Under the pieces are notes generated by a model. That model saw only the letters and a list, made by a program, of their open reading frames with translations. It was not told the DNA's origin and did no database searches. The translations under genes were made by a program, and so were the position numbers. DNA of 32,000 nt, taken from Candidatus Nitrospira inopinata (GTDB taxonomy: Bacteria; Nitrospirota; Nitrospiria; Nitrospirales; Nitrospiraceae). The DNA is taken from assembly GCF_001458695.1 (NCBI RefSeq), contig NZ_LN885086.1:2460001-2492000 (forward strand). The letters are read 5' to 3'. Position 1 is the stretch's first letter, and the number at the start of each line of letters is the position of its first letter. Shown piece by piece: positions 8,506 to 17,625 of this stretch.

Positions 8506-9075
8506 TTATGGTTCAAGGAGTTTGATCAAATCCGTCCGGCCAAGCTGACGGGCCAAATCAACCGGCAGTTCTCCCGATGTCATTCTAGCTTGTTTGTCCG
8601 CGCCGTACTTGAGAAGCAACGTCACGATCTCTTGATTGCCTTCGTACGCTCCGACATGGAGCGGCGTGACGCTGCTGATCGCGCCACGAACGTTCACGTC
8701 CGCGCCCTTTTCCAAGAGCAGAGCCACCATGTCCACGCGCCCCTCTCGTATGGCCATGAACAGCGGCGTGAGTCCGTCGTGTCTCGCACGGGACAGGTCG
8801 GCGCCCTTTTCCAGTAACAGTTCGACCGTCGGTCTGTGTCCATGCTTGACGGCCAGCAGAAGCGGCGTCATGCCAAATTCGTCGGCGGTTTCCACTTTCG
8901 CGCCTTGGGCCAGTGCAGCGGCGGCTTGGGTCGAGTCTCCGTTTACGATTGCTTCACGGAGCCTGTGTTCCGGCGATGCGATGCAGCCGTTCAGAACCAA
9001 GAGGCCCCAAAAGAAGAGAGCATAAATCGCTATTTTTCTATGCGACATGGCATACCGCAGGACGATGTTTTTCAC
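8506..9075 (-). CDS. Ankyrin-repeat protein, exported or lipoprotein
   Basis: Three to four ANK repeats (TPLLLAVKHGHRPTVELLLEKGADLS; LTPLFMAIREGRVDMVALLLEKGADVN; TPLHVGAYEGNQEIVTLLLKYGAD). N-terminal hydrophobic segment IAIYALFFWGLLVLNGC. Start is GTG 9075 or ATG 9048. Confidence 0.85.
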   Translation of the reverse strand: MKNIVLRYAMSHRKIAIYALFFWGLLVLNGCIASPEHRLREAIVNGDSTQAAAALAQGAKVETADEFGMTPLLLAVKHGHRPTVELLLEKGADLSRARHDGLTPLFMAIREGRVDMVALLLEKGADVNVRGAISSVTPLHVGAYEGNQEIVTLLLKYGADKQARMTSGELPVDLARQLGRTDLIKLLEP

Positions 9076-9178
9076 GGAAATCTCTTACATGGACGGCGAC
9101 GGCAAATCAATGGCCCGTTGGTTCCAATGTGAATAGTTCCGTGCCGAGATCAGGCTAGGTTTCCTACCGTCGCTTCGG

Positions 9179-9184
9179 TATAAT
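9179..9184 (+). promoter_or_regulatory. Possible -10 element upstream of recA
   Basis: Perfect TATAAT about 108 nt upstream of the recA ATG. No convincing -35 hexamer. Confidence 0.3.
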
Positions 9185-9292
9185 CGCCACGCCTGTTCAT
9201 CCGCAAGTTCCAGGTCGCCCGTTCGCGCGATACCGGGGCGAATGTGCGGCGGGTATGAGCGAGCGACCGTTTTTGAAAAGAGGAGCGCACTG

Positions 9293-10390
9293 ATGGCGGA
9301 AAAAGACGAGAAGAAACGGGCGTTGGAATTGGCCCTGTCCCAAATTGAAAAACAGTATGGAAAAGGGGCCATTATGAAGCTCGGCGCGGAAGAAAAGCTG
9401 GCCGATGTGCCGGCCATTTCGACCGGGTCGCTGAGCCTCGATATCGCCCTGGGGGTCGGAGGACTTCCCCGCGGGAGAGTGATTGAGATTTTTGGGCCCG
9501 AGGCTTCAGGGAAAACCACCATGACGCTGCACTGTATCGCCGAGGTGCAGAAGGCGGGGGGCGTCGCGGCCTTTATCGACGCCGAACACGCGCTCGATCT
9601 GACCTATGCGAGAAAGCTGGGCGTTCAGGCGGATGATCTATTGGTCTCTCAGCCGGATACCGGAGAGCAGGCGCTGGAAATCGCGGAGACATTGGTCCGC
9701 AGCGGAGCGATCGATTTGATCGTCATCGATTCCGTGGCGGCCTTGACGCCGCGCGCTGAAATAGAAGGCGAAATGGGCGACGCCCACATGGGGTTGCAAG
9801 CAAGGCTGATGTCGCAGGCCTTGCGAAAGCTGACGGCGGCGATCGCGAAATCCCTGACGACGGTAATTTTCATCAATCAGATCCGCATGAAGCTGGGTGT
9901 GATGTTCGGCAATCCGGAGACGACGACGGGAGGGAACGCCCTCAAATTCTATGCCTCCGTGCGGTTGGACATTCGGCGAATCGAGTCCATCAAGGAGGGG
10001 CAGGACGTCATCGGCAGCCGGGTTCGGGTCAAGGTGGTGAAGAACAAGATGGCTCCCCCATTTAGGCAAGCGGAGTTCGACATCATGTTCGCCGAGGGAA
10101 TCTCAAAAACCGGCGAGCTGATCGACTTGGGCGTCGAGAAACACGTGATCGAGAAGTCAGGCGCCTGGTATTCCTACAAAGGTGAACGGATCGGACAGGG
10201 GCGCGATGCGGTAAGAGAATTTCTCAAAAAGAACAATGAGATGGCAAGAGAAATTGAATCAAAACTTCGAGAGTTATCTGGGGTGCCGAGGGTGGATGAG
10301 AAGAAGTCGGCCGGTAAGGAGGAGAAGGCGGCGTCAAAGGAAGACAAGCTGCCGTCCCGAACAGATGACAAGCGGGCGCATCGGTCGTAG
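9293..10390 (+). CDS. recA: Recombinase RecA
   Basis: [31 protein letters not shown], Walker [10 protein letters not shown], and [45 protein letters not shown] before ATG 9293. Lys/Glu-rich C-terminal tail. Confidence 0.98.
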   Translation: MAEKDEKKRALELALSQIEKQYGKGAIMKLGAEEKLADVPAISTGSLSLDIALGVGGLPRGRVIEIFGPEASGKTTMTLHCIAEVQKAGGVAAFIDAEHALDLTYARKLGVQADDLLVSQPDTGEQALEIAETLVRSGAIDLIVIDSVAALTPRAEIEGEMGDAHMGLQARLMSQALRKLTAAIAKSLTTVIFINQIRMKLGVMFGNPETTTGGNALKFYASVRLDIRRIESIKEGQDVIGSRVRVKVVKNKMAPPFRQAEFDIMFAEGISKTGELIDLGVEKHVIEKSGAWYSYKGERIGQGRDAVREFLKKNNEMAREIESKLRELSGVPRVDEKKSAGKEEKAASKEDKLPSRTDDKRAHRS

Positions 10391-10874
10391 TGATCGTGTA
10401 GTCAAGCAACCCTTGCAGGAAGAAGGCAAATGGTTACAACTTGCCGTAGGCTATCTCGCCGTCCGTGATCGAACCAGCCTCCAAGTTCGTCACTTGCTCC
10501 ATCGGAAAGGGGTTTCCCGGACTCAGATTGAACGGGTCGTCCGTCGGCTGTTTCAGCTCGGCTATCTAAATGATCGAGCTTACGCGGAGCGCTGGATTAC
10601 CGGTCGGCTCGCCCGCCGGCCGACGGGACGGGAGCGGCTTAAGGCCGAACTGGCGGAAAAGGGAATCGACCCCGCGACGATCGAGGACCTGTTGCGCAAT
10701 CTGCCCGATGAGATGACGCTGGCCCGCTCGGCCCTTGATGTATTGCGCCGGACGGGGCGGGAGATGACTCCCATTCAGACGGTGCGCCGGTTGCGCCAAC
10801 GGGGGTTCGATGAAGAGACGATTCGTTGTATGATAGGCGAAGACCGTCTGACACACGAAGGACCCGGATCATGA
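10365..10874 (+). CDS. recX: Recombination regulator RecX
   Basis: Position immediately after recA. Repeated helical modules ([11 protein letters not shown]..., [15 protein letters not shown]...). ATG 10365 gives 169 aa and overlaps the recA 3' end by 26 nt. Confidence 0.8.
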   Translation: MTSGRIGRSDRVVKQPLQEEGKWLQLAVGYLAVRDRTSLQVRHLLHRKGVSRTQIERVVRRLFQLGYLNDRAYAERWITGRLARRPTGRERLKAELAEKGIDPATIEDLLRNLPDEMTLARSALDVLRRTGREMTPIQTVRRLRQRGFDEETIRCMIGEDRLTHEGPGS

Positions 10875-13504
10875 CGCATGGTGCGAGGGAATTAAGGCAA
10901 TCGTTCATCCACTATTTCGAACGGCAAGGCCATCAGGCCGTGCCGAGCTCATCCCTCATTCCGCAGGCCGATCCCACGTTGCTGTTTACCAACGCCGGGA
11001 TGAATCAGTTTAAACGGGTGTTTCTCGGAGAAGAGGCGCGTCCGTACAAGCGGGCGGTGTCCGTGCAGAAATGTCTACGCGCCGGCGGCAAACACAACGA
11101 CCTCGAAAACGTGGGTTATACCGGCCGCCACCATACCTTCTTCGAGATGCTGGGCAACTTTTCATTCGGCGATTACTTTAAGGCCGACGCGATTGCGTTC
11201 GGATGGGAGTTCTTGACCAAGATCGTCGGATTGACGAAAGACAGACTGTGGATCACGATTTTTCGCGAGGATGACGAAGCCGACGTCCTGTGGAAAAAGA
11301 TCGGCGTGTCGCCTGCGCGCATCGTGCGGTTCGACGAAAAGGACAACTTCTGGCAAATGGCGGACACCGGCCCCTGCGGCCCTTGCTCGGAAATTCATTT
11401 CGATCAGGGAGCATCCATCCCCGGTGATGATCGTCCGAACGGAGAAGGCGATCGGGTCATCGAGGTCTGGAACCTTGTCTTCATGCAGTTCAATCGAGAT
11501 GCGTCGGGGACGCTTCATCCCTTGCCGAGGCCGAGCATCGACACGGGCATGGGATTGGAGCGGTTGGCGGCCGTCGCGCAAGGCGTCGCCGGCAATTACG
11601 GCAGCGATCTCTTTACGCCGCTCTTGGCGGCGATCGCCGCGCGCGCGGGCGCGCAGTACGGCCGAGAAGGCCAGGCGGACCGATCGATGCGGGTCATCGC
11701 GGATCACCTCCGGGCCGTCACGTTTCTGATGGCGGACGGCGTATTGCCGTCCAACGAGGGACGCGGTTACGTCTTGCGGCGGATTCTGCGCCGAGCGGCT
11801 CGCCATGGGCGATTGCTCGGCATTGTTGAGCCTTTTCTGTATGATCTCACCGGCAGGGTGGTGGAGCAGATGGGCGATGTCTATCCGGAGGTGCGGGCGG
11901 CGGCCGGCACGATCGCCGAGGCCACGAAGGGAGAAGAAGAGCGGTTCATCGCGACGCTCGACCAAGGATTGCCGATCTTGAACGGCCTCATTGAGAAGGC
12001 GCGAGCCGAGGGACGTACTCTATTGACCGGCGACGACGTCTTCAAACTCTATGACACGTATGGTTTTCCGATGGATTTGATCGCCGAAGCCTGTCGGGAA
12101 CAGGGCCTCACCGTCGATGAACGGGGATTCGAGGCGGCGATCGAAGCGCAGCGGACCAGAGCCCGCAAAATCGGAGGATTCGAGCAGGAAACCGTCAGAT
12201 CCTCGGTCGCCGAGCTGTCCTCGCGGGTTGGAGCCGTCACGTTCGTCGGGTATGACCGGTTGGAGAGCGAGGGAGTTCTTTTGGCTATTCTGAAGGGTGA
12301 TCGGTTGGTCAAAGAAGCGGTCGAAGGGGATGAAGTCGAGATGGTTTTGGATGTGACGCCGTTCTATCCCGAGGGGGGAGGACAGGTGGGGGATCATGGG
12401 ACCTGCATAGGCCCGGAAGGAGTGGTTGATGTCACGGATACGACGAAACCGACGCCGACCATGATTCTCCACAAGGGTGTCGTTCGGAAGGGCTGCATTC
12501 GCGAAGGAGAACGGCTCGTCGCGACGGTGAACGGTGCCTTGCGGCAGGACGCGGCGCGGAACCATACGGCGACCCATCTGCTGCACGCGGCCTTGCGCCA
12601 TCTCCTTGGCCCGCACGTGAAACAGTACGGCTCGCTGGTCGGGCCGAATCGACTGCGGTTCGACTTTGCGCACTTCAGGCCGCTTTCTTCTCGCGATGTC
12701 GACGATATCGAGTCATTGGTCAACGAAGAAGTCAGAAAAAACGAGCCGGTGCGAACCCAAGTGATGAATTTTCAGGAGGCCGTAGCCAAGGGGGCGCTGG
12801 CCTTTTTCGGCGACAAGTATGGAGAACAGGTTCGGGTCGTGGCCGTCGAATCCTTCAGCCAAGAACTGTGCGGCGGGACGCACTGTCGGCACACGGGCGA
12901 AATCGGACTCTTCCGCGTCTTGTCCGAGACGGGCGTGGCGGCGGGCGTTCGTCGGATTGAGGCGCAGACGGGCAGCGGCGCGATGGCGCACATGAAAAAG
13001 CTCGAAGCCGAGATTCGCGAACTGTCCGAGCTGCTCAAGGTCGGTCCTCTGGAGGTCGTCGCGAAAACCAGAAAAGTGATGACTCAGTTGAAGGACAAGG
13101 AACGGGAGCTGGAGGAACTGAAACTGAAGTTGGCAAGCGGCCAGACATCCGCCTCGACGGTCAGGACGGTCGCCGGCGTCTCGGTGCATGTCCAGCGAAC
13201 GGACGGCTTGGACATGAACGGCATGAGGGCCTTGGCCGATCAGTTGCGGGATAAACTGAAGAGCGGCGTCGTCGCCTTGGGAGCCGCGACCGAAGAAGGC
13301 AAGGTGTCGCTGTTGGTCGTGGTTACCAAAGATCTGACCGGTCCCTTGAAGGCCGGCGAGATCATTAAGGCGATGGCGGCCGAGGTGGGCGGCACCGGCG
13401 GCGGACGGCCGGAAATGGCGCAGGCAGGCGGCAAAGAGCCGGCCAAACTCGACCGTGCGTTGGAAAAAGTGTTTGAGCTGGTCGAGCGGGCGCTTGCGAG
13501 ATAA
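10871..13504 (+). CDS. alaS: Alanine--tRNA ligase
   Basis: N-terminus ELRQSFIHYFERQGH...LLFTNAGMNQFK, FEMLGNFSFGDYFK, editing-domain HTATHLLH and CGGTHC. ATG 10871 overlaps the recX stop (ATGA). Confidence 0.98.
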   Translation: MTHGARELRQSFIHYFERQGHQAVPSSSLIPQADPTLLFTNAGMNQFKRVFLGEEARPYKRAVSVQKCLRAGGKHNDLENVGYTGRHHTFFEMLGNFSFGDYFKADAIAFGWEFLTKIVGLTKDRLWITIFREDDEADVLWKKIGVSPARIVRFDEKDNFWQMADTGPCGPCSEIHFDQGASIPGDDRPNGEGDRVIEVWNLVFMQFNRDASGTLHPLPRPSIDTGMGLERLAAVAQGVAGNYGSDLFTPLLAAIAARAGAQYGREGQADRSMRVIADHLRAVTFLMADGVLPSNEGRGYVLRRILRRAARHGRLLGIVEPFLYDLTGRVVEQMGDVYPEVRAAAGTIAEATKGEEERFIATLDQGLPILNGLIEKARAEGRTLLTGDDVFKLYDTYGFPMDLIAEACREQGLTVDERGFEAAIEAQRTRARKIGGFEQETVRSSVAELSSRVGAVTFVGYDRLESEGVLLAILKGDRLVKEAVEGDEVEMVLDVTPFYPEGGGQVGDHGTCIGPEGVVDVTDTTKPTPTMILHKGVVRKGCIREGERLVATVNGALRQDAARNHTATHLLHAALRHLLGPHVKQYGSLVGPNRLRFDFAHFRPLSSRDVDDIESLVNEEVRKNEPVRTQVMNFQEAVAKGALAFFGDKYGEQVRVVAVESFSQELCGGTHCRHTGEIGLFRVLSETGVAAGVRRIEAQTGSGAMAHMKKLEAEIRELSELLKVGPLEVVAKTRKVMTQLKDKERELEELKLKLASGQTSASTVRTVAGVSVHVQRTDGLDMNGMRALADQLRDKLKSGVVALGAATEEGKVSLLVVVTKDLTGPLKAGEIIKAMAAEVGGTGGGRPEMAQAGGKEPAKLDRALEKVFELVERALAR

Positions 13505-13508
13505 AATC

Positions 13509-14090
13509 ATGCCCGGTCGGATTCTTGCTCTCGATTACGGCACCAAACGAATCGGTGTCGCCTTGAGCGACGAATTGTGGTGGACGGCTAGACCGCTCGA
13601 AACGTTCGAGCGGCGGACGTTGGATCGGGATGTTGCACACGTCGCACGTTTGGTCGTCTCGCATGAGGTGGAGCGGGTGGTCTTGGGGCTGCCGCTTCAA
13701 TTGGACGGGCGGGAAGGACCGGCCGTCCAATCGATGCGGGAATTTGTTGTAAAATTGGAAGCCGCTCTTTCCGTTCCGCTTGTTCTGTGGGACGAGCGCA
13801 TGACGACCAAAGCGGCGGAAGACTTTTTGATCGCCGCGGATGTGAGCAGGAAAAAGCGCAAGGGGGCGGTCGATCGAGTCGCGGCGTCGTTGTTGCTGCA
13901 AGGGTATTTGGCATCGTTGACGGCGGCGACCGAAGATTCGGCGATTACGGACGCCACGGGTGAGAGAAGCCGTTCAGAGTGTTCAAGCGAAATCCCCCAT
14001 GAAGCTTCGTCTTTCACAGATCCTTCTCATTTCGGTCACCGCCGTCGGGATCGTCGCGATGGCCCTGTATCAGATGATCCGCTGGGCTGA
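13509..14090 (+). CDS. ruvX: Holliday junction resolvase-like protein RuvX (YqgF) with a low-complexity C-terminal tail
   Basis: MPGRILALDYGTKRIGVALSD...VVLGLPLQLDG...DERMTT. The frame stays open about 55 codons past the conserved domain and overlaps the mltG start. Confidence 0.85.
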   Translation: MPGRILALDYGTKRIGVALSDELWWTARPLETFERRTLDRDVAHVARLVVSHEVERVVLGLPLQLDGREGPAVQSMREFVVKLEAALSVPLVLWDERMTTKAAEDFLIAADVSRKKRKGAVDRVAASLLLQGYLASLTAATEDSAITDATGERSRSECSSEIPHEASSFTDPSHFGHRRRDRRDGPVSDDPLG

Positions 14091-15072
14091 ATCACCGCTT
14101 CTGTCCGATTCCGACCATCCTGCCTCCAAAGTGGTCGTCATTCCAGCCGGATGGACCTTGCAGCAGGTCGCGGCCCTGCTCGAACGGGAACACGTGATCA
14201 AGAGTCGATTTGCCTTCGTGTGGCTGGCGCGATCTCAAGAGGCCGATCGGAAGATTCAGCCGGGAGAGTACGAGCTGCATGCCGCCATGCTCCCCGCGGA
14301 TATTCTGTCAAAACTGTTGACCGGTCGGGTTGTTCTCCATTCGGTCACGATTCCGGAAGGGTATACCATCGCGCAAATCGCGGACATGCTTTCCGAGCGG
14401 AATATTACGGATCGTGCCGAGTTCATCCGTCTGGCCCGCGACAAATCATTCATTCAAACGTTGAAGATTTCAGCGGAAAGCCTTGAAGGATATTTGTTTC
14501 CTGATACCTATCGCTTTGCTCGACGCACGGCGGCGAAGGAAGTGATTAAGACGATGGTTGATCAGCTTGACCGGGTCTTTTCGGTCGAATGGCAGGAGCG
14601 GGCCAAGGAGTTGGGCTTGACGATGCACCAAGTGCTGACGCTGGCTTCGGTGATCGAAAAGGAAACCGGCTCGGCGGACGAACGTCCCCGTATCTCGTCC
14701 GTGTTTCACAACCGTCTCAAGAAAAACATTCCGTTGCAAAGCGACCCGACGGTCATTTATGGGCTGCCTCATTTCGACGGCAATCTGCGCAAAAAGGACC
14801 TCTCGCATCCGAGCCCCTACAATACCTATCGATGGGTGGGCCTGCCGCCAGGGCCGATCGCCAGTCCTGGGGCCGATTCGATCCGCGCCGCCCTCTATCC
14901 TGCGTCAACGCCTCATTTGTACTTCGTCTCGAAGAACGACGGAACCCACTACTTCTCCACCACGCTCGTCCAACACAACAAAGCGGTGGAACAGTATCAG
15001 AAGCGGCCCTTCCGTCGAGGCAACCGTTCCGAGACGTCGATGAGCCGAGGAAGGCAACTCTCCCATTCCTAA
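13999..15072 (+). CDS. mltG: Endolytic murein transglycosylase MltG (YceG family)
   Basis: N-terminal TM helix ILLISVTAVGIVAMALY. Motifs PGEYEL, TIPEGYT, ASVIEKET, LQSDPTVIYG and YNTY...GLPPGPIASPG. Alternative start GTG 13960. Confidence 0.92.
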   Translation: MKLRLSQILLISVTAVGIVAMALYQMIRWAESPLLSDSDHPASKVVVIPAGWTLQQVAALLEREHVIKSRFAFVWLARSQEADRKIQPGEYELHAAMLPADILSKLLTGRVVLHSVTIPEGYTIAQIADMLSERNITDRAEFIRLARDKSFIQTLKISAESLEGYLFPDTYRFARRTAAKEVIKTMVDQLDRVFSVEWQERAKELGLTMHQVLTLASVIEKETGSADERPRISSVFHNRLKKNIPLQSDPTVIYGLPHFDGNLRKKDLSHPSPYNTYRWVGLPPGPIASPGADSIRAALYPASTPHLYFVSKNDGTHYFSTTLVQHNKAVEQYQKRPFRRGNRSETSMSRGRQLSHS

Positions 15073-15085
15073 CAGGTCTTCAGCC

Positions 15086-15757
15086 ATGCCAAATTGGAAC
15101 TTGCCCGACTTGATCGACCACACGGTGCTGCGGCCCGACGCCACGAGGGCTGATGTGCTACGGGTTTGTCGGGAAGCCATCGAATACAACTTTTCGGTTA
15201 TTTTTGTCCCGCCCTCCTATCTCGCAGAGGCCGTGGCCGCCGTCGAGGGCTATTCTATTCGCGTCGGCGCCCCTGTCGGGTTCCCCCTCGGTGGTCATAC
15301 GACGAAAACAAAAGTCACCGAGGCGATTGAAGCGGTCGAACAGGGAGCCACCGTGCTGGATATGGTCCTCAACATCAGTTGGTTGAAATCAGGGGATTAT
15401 GAGGCCGTCCGGCAAGACATCGTCGAAGTCGTGCGGGCGACCCCCCACTCAGAACATAAAGTCATACTTGAGACATGTTATCTGACGCATCAAGAAAAAA
15501 TGACGGCCTGCCGCCTGGTTGTAGAGGCAGAGGCCGATTACGTGAAGACGTCAACTGGCTTCGGCCCATCCGGTGCCACGGTCGATGATGTCCGGCTTCT
15601 GAAGACCGCCGTCGCCGGGCGAGCCAAGGTCAAGGCATCCGGTGGCATCAGAGACTGGAAAACCGCACAAGCCATGTTGGAGGCGGGCGCTGATCGGATT
15701 GGGACCAGCGCGGGTGTTCCCATTGTCAAAGAATGGAGGGTTGTACAGATTCCATGA
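15086..15757 (+). CDS. deoC: Deoxyribose-phosphate aldolase
   Basis: DHTVLRPDAT, DYVKTSTGFG (Schiff-base Lys region), VKASGGIR. Confidence 0.92.
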   Translation: MPNWNLPDLIDHTVLRPDATRADVLRVCREAIEYNFSVIFVPPSYLAEAVAAVEGYSIRVGAPVGFPLGGHTTKTKVTEAIEAVEQGATVLDMVLNISWLKSGDYEAVRQDIVEVVRATPHSEHKVILETCYLTHQEKMTACRLVVEAEADYVKTSTGFGPSGATVDDVRLLKTAVAGRAKVKASGGIRDWKTAQAMLEAGADRIGTSAGVPIVKEWRVVQIP

Positions 15758-16908
15758 TCAATCGCGTGCTGCTGTTCGTTATTGATGGATTGGGGATCGG
15801 TCCTCTCCCGGATGCCGCGGAGCACGGTGATGCCGAGGCGAATACTCTTGCGCATTTGGCCGATATGGTCGGCGGATTGAGTCTGCCGAACATGGAAACG
15901 TTGGGGTTGGGGCACGTCGCCTCGATTCCAGGGGTGCTGTCGACGACCCAGCCGCGGGGCTGTTTCGGTCGCCTGTGTTTTACGGCGCAGGGAACCGATT
16001 CGGTCGCCGGTCATTGGGAAATGAATGGAATTGTCAGTGCGGCTCCCCCGAGCTGTGCGGATGGAGTTCCCCGGCAGGTGGTAGCCGCCGTCGAGCAAGC
16101 GTTGGGCAGAAAAGTGATCGGAAAGAATATGGCTTCTCTGGGGTCCATGTTGAAAGAATATGGCGCGGACCATTTCGCCTGCGGGGCTCCGATACTATGG
16201 ACTGACGGCCGAAATACCTGCCATGTGGCTGCGCATGAAGCGGTGATGGCTCGCGAGGCTCTTTACCTAGGTTGTCGTGAAGCATGGAAAACGGTCAAAC
16301 AGGCGGGATTGTTCGTTCGAATCGTCGCCCAGCCGATTGTCGGCGAGCCCGGACGGCTCCACGCCCATGGAAGCCGGAAAGATTTTGTCGCGGAGCCGCC
16401 CGGCGTCACGATGCTGGACGTGTTGAATCGCTCGGGTCAGATTGTCATGGGGATCGGAAAGGTCGGCGATTTGTTCGGCGGAAGAAGTTTGACGAAAACC
16501 TTTTCCGTCTCGTCCGCTCAGGAAGCCTTCGAGGAAACCGTCGCCATGCTGAGTAAGGTCCCGCGCGGGCTTCTTTATATTGGTTTGGATTTCTCGACCG
16601 ATGAGGCGACTCAGGCCGCCGCGGCGTTGGAGGAATTTGACCGCTGTCTGCCCGGTCTGTTTGATAAGTTGCGCGTTGGGGATCTGGTCGTCATCACCGG
16701 CGACCATGGGCGTGATTTGTCGAAGCCATTGAAGAGGCCGACGCGCGAATATGTACCGCTTCTTCTTCTCGGCCCCAAATTGCCGGCCGGGGTGGACTTG
16801 GGGACTCGTTCCACCGCCGCCGATCTCGGACAAACGGTGGCGGACGCGTTCGGCGCCCAACGGCTGCCGATCGGCGACAGTTTTTGGGAAGCGATCAAAC
16901 CCGGGTGA
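15754..16908 (+). CDS. deoB: Phosphopentomutase-like metalloenzyme (divergent DeoB)
   Basis: VIDGLGIG...PDA...ANTL N-terminus, GHWE motif, TGDHG motif, REYVPLL. ATG 15754 overlaps the deoC stop (ATGA). Several canonical positions look altered (see findings). Confidence 0.7.
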   Translation: MINRVLLFVIDGLGIGPLPDAAEHGDAEANTLAHLADMVGGLSLPNMETLGLGHVASIPGVLSTTQPRGCFGRLCFTAQGTDSVAGHWEMNGIVSAAPPSCADGVPRQVVAAVEQALGRKVIGKNMASLGSMLKEYGADHFACGAPILWTDGRNTCHVAAHEAVMAREALYLGCREAWKTVKQAGLFVRIVAQPIVGEPGRLHAHGSRKDFVAEPPGVTMLDVLNRSGQIVMGIGKVGDLFGGRSLTKTFSVSSAQEAFEETVAMLSKVPRGLLYIGLDFSTDEATQAAAALEEFDRCLPGLFDKLRVGDLVVITGDHGRDLSKPLKRPTREYVPLLLLGPKLPAGVDLGTRSTAADLGQTVADAFGAQRLPIGDSFWEAIKPG

Positions 16909-16945
16909 GCGGGTGAAGCACAAGGAAGGGAGCAGGGGAGCGGCG

Positions 16946-17410
16946 ATGAAGATGTCGTATGAGGCCAGGCTGCGAGATTTAGGGCTGACGTTGCCGCCGC
17001 CGCCCAAGCCGGTGGCGAACTATGTTCCCGCGGTCAGAGTGGGGGAGTTGTTGTTTCTGTCCGGAGTTCTTCCCATACGGGACGGCAGGTTGTTCGTGAC
17101 GGGAAAACTGGGCGAGGCCTTGTCGGTCGAACAGGGAAAAGAAGCGGCCCAAATAGCCGCGCTGAACGCGCTAGCGATTGTGAAGGCCGAGATCGATTCG
17201 CTTGATCGGGTGGTCAGGGTCGTCAAGATGATCGGCTACGTCGCCTCGGCTTCCGGCTTCGCCGATCAGCCGCAGGTGCTCAACGGAGCTTCGGACCTGT
17301 TGGTGGCGGTGTTCGGCGACGCCGGCCGCCATGCCCGTGTCGCGGTCGGCGCGGCGGAGCTTCCTCGTCAGGCTCCGGTCGAAATCGAGATGATTCTTCA
17401 AGTTGCCTAG
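16946..17410 (+). CDS. RidA/YjgF family protein
   Basis: ATG 16946 gives 154 aa with NYVPAVRVGELLFLSG...ARVAVGAAELPRQAPVEIE, typical of the YjgF/RidA fold. GGAAGGGAGCAGGGGAG lies upstream. Confidence 0.8.
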   Translation: MKMSYEARLRDLGLTLPPPPKPVANYVPAVRVGELLFLSGVLPIRDGRLFVTGKLGEALSVEQGKEAAQIAALNALAIVKAEIDSLDRVVRVVKMIGYVASASGFADQPQVLNGASDLLVAVFGDAGRHARVAVGAAELPRQAPVEIEMILQVA

Positions 17411-17464
17411 GTTTGGGCAGGTATCTTCTCTGAATTTTCGCACGTTCCTCGTGTTACGTTTTGA

Positions 17465-17492
17465 CGTCTGAGCATCGGCGTCTGAGCATCGG
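17465..17492 (+). repeat. Perfect tandem duplication of a 14-nt unit
   Basis: CGTCTGAGCATCGG at 17465-17478 and again at 17479-17492, in the intergenic region upstream of the IPT/TIG gene. Confidence 0.95.
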
Positions 17493-17519
17493 ATTGAGCG
17501 ATCCACCTATCCCGTCGCC

Positions 17520-17549
17520 TTGACTCCCTAAAAAATCGGTTGCTATAGT
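17520..17549 (+). promoter_or_regulatory. Sigma70-type promoter candidate for the IPT/TIG-propeller operon
   Basis: TTGACT (17520-17525), 18-nt spacer, TATAGT (17544-17549), about 76 nt upstream of ATG 17626. Confidence 0.55.
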
Positions 17550-17625
17550 CCGATCGACTAAGCATGGGCGGGCACGTTTTAGACGTCAGTTCACGACCAT
17601 CAGCCTGCCATTCAGGAAGGACGGT

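Noticed and set aside
9194-9211. GTTC-N8-GTTC direct repeat (within CTGTTCATCCGCAAGTTCCAG) between the TATAAT and recA, considered as a LexA/SOS box
   Set aside because: The alphaproteobacterial-type box is GTTC-N7-GTTC, and the spacing here is N8. It matches neither CTGT-N8-ACAG nor the Cheo box. The SOS box of this lineage is unknown to me, so there is no support for a call.
10236-10364. Upstream extension of the recX ORF running 155 nt into recA in another frame
   Set aside because: The extension is extremely Arg-rich (RRRRRRQRK) and overlaps the recA tail. ATG 10365 yields a normal 169-aa RecX.
11162-13510. Several long minus-strand ORFs (267, 217 and 265 aa) inside alaS
   Set aside because: Antisense shadows of a highly conserved gene, with low-complexity Arg/Pro/Gly composition and no start-site signals.
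15538-17007. 211-aa and 246-aa minus-strand ORFs opposite deoC/deoB
   Set aside because: Antisense shadow ORFs. The plus-strand genes carry family motifs and are translationally coupled.
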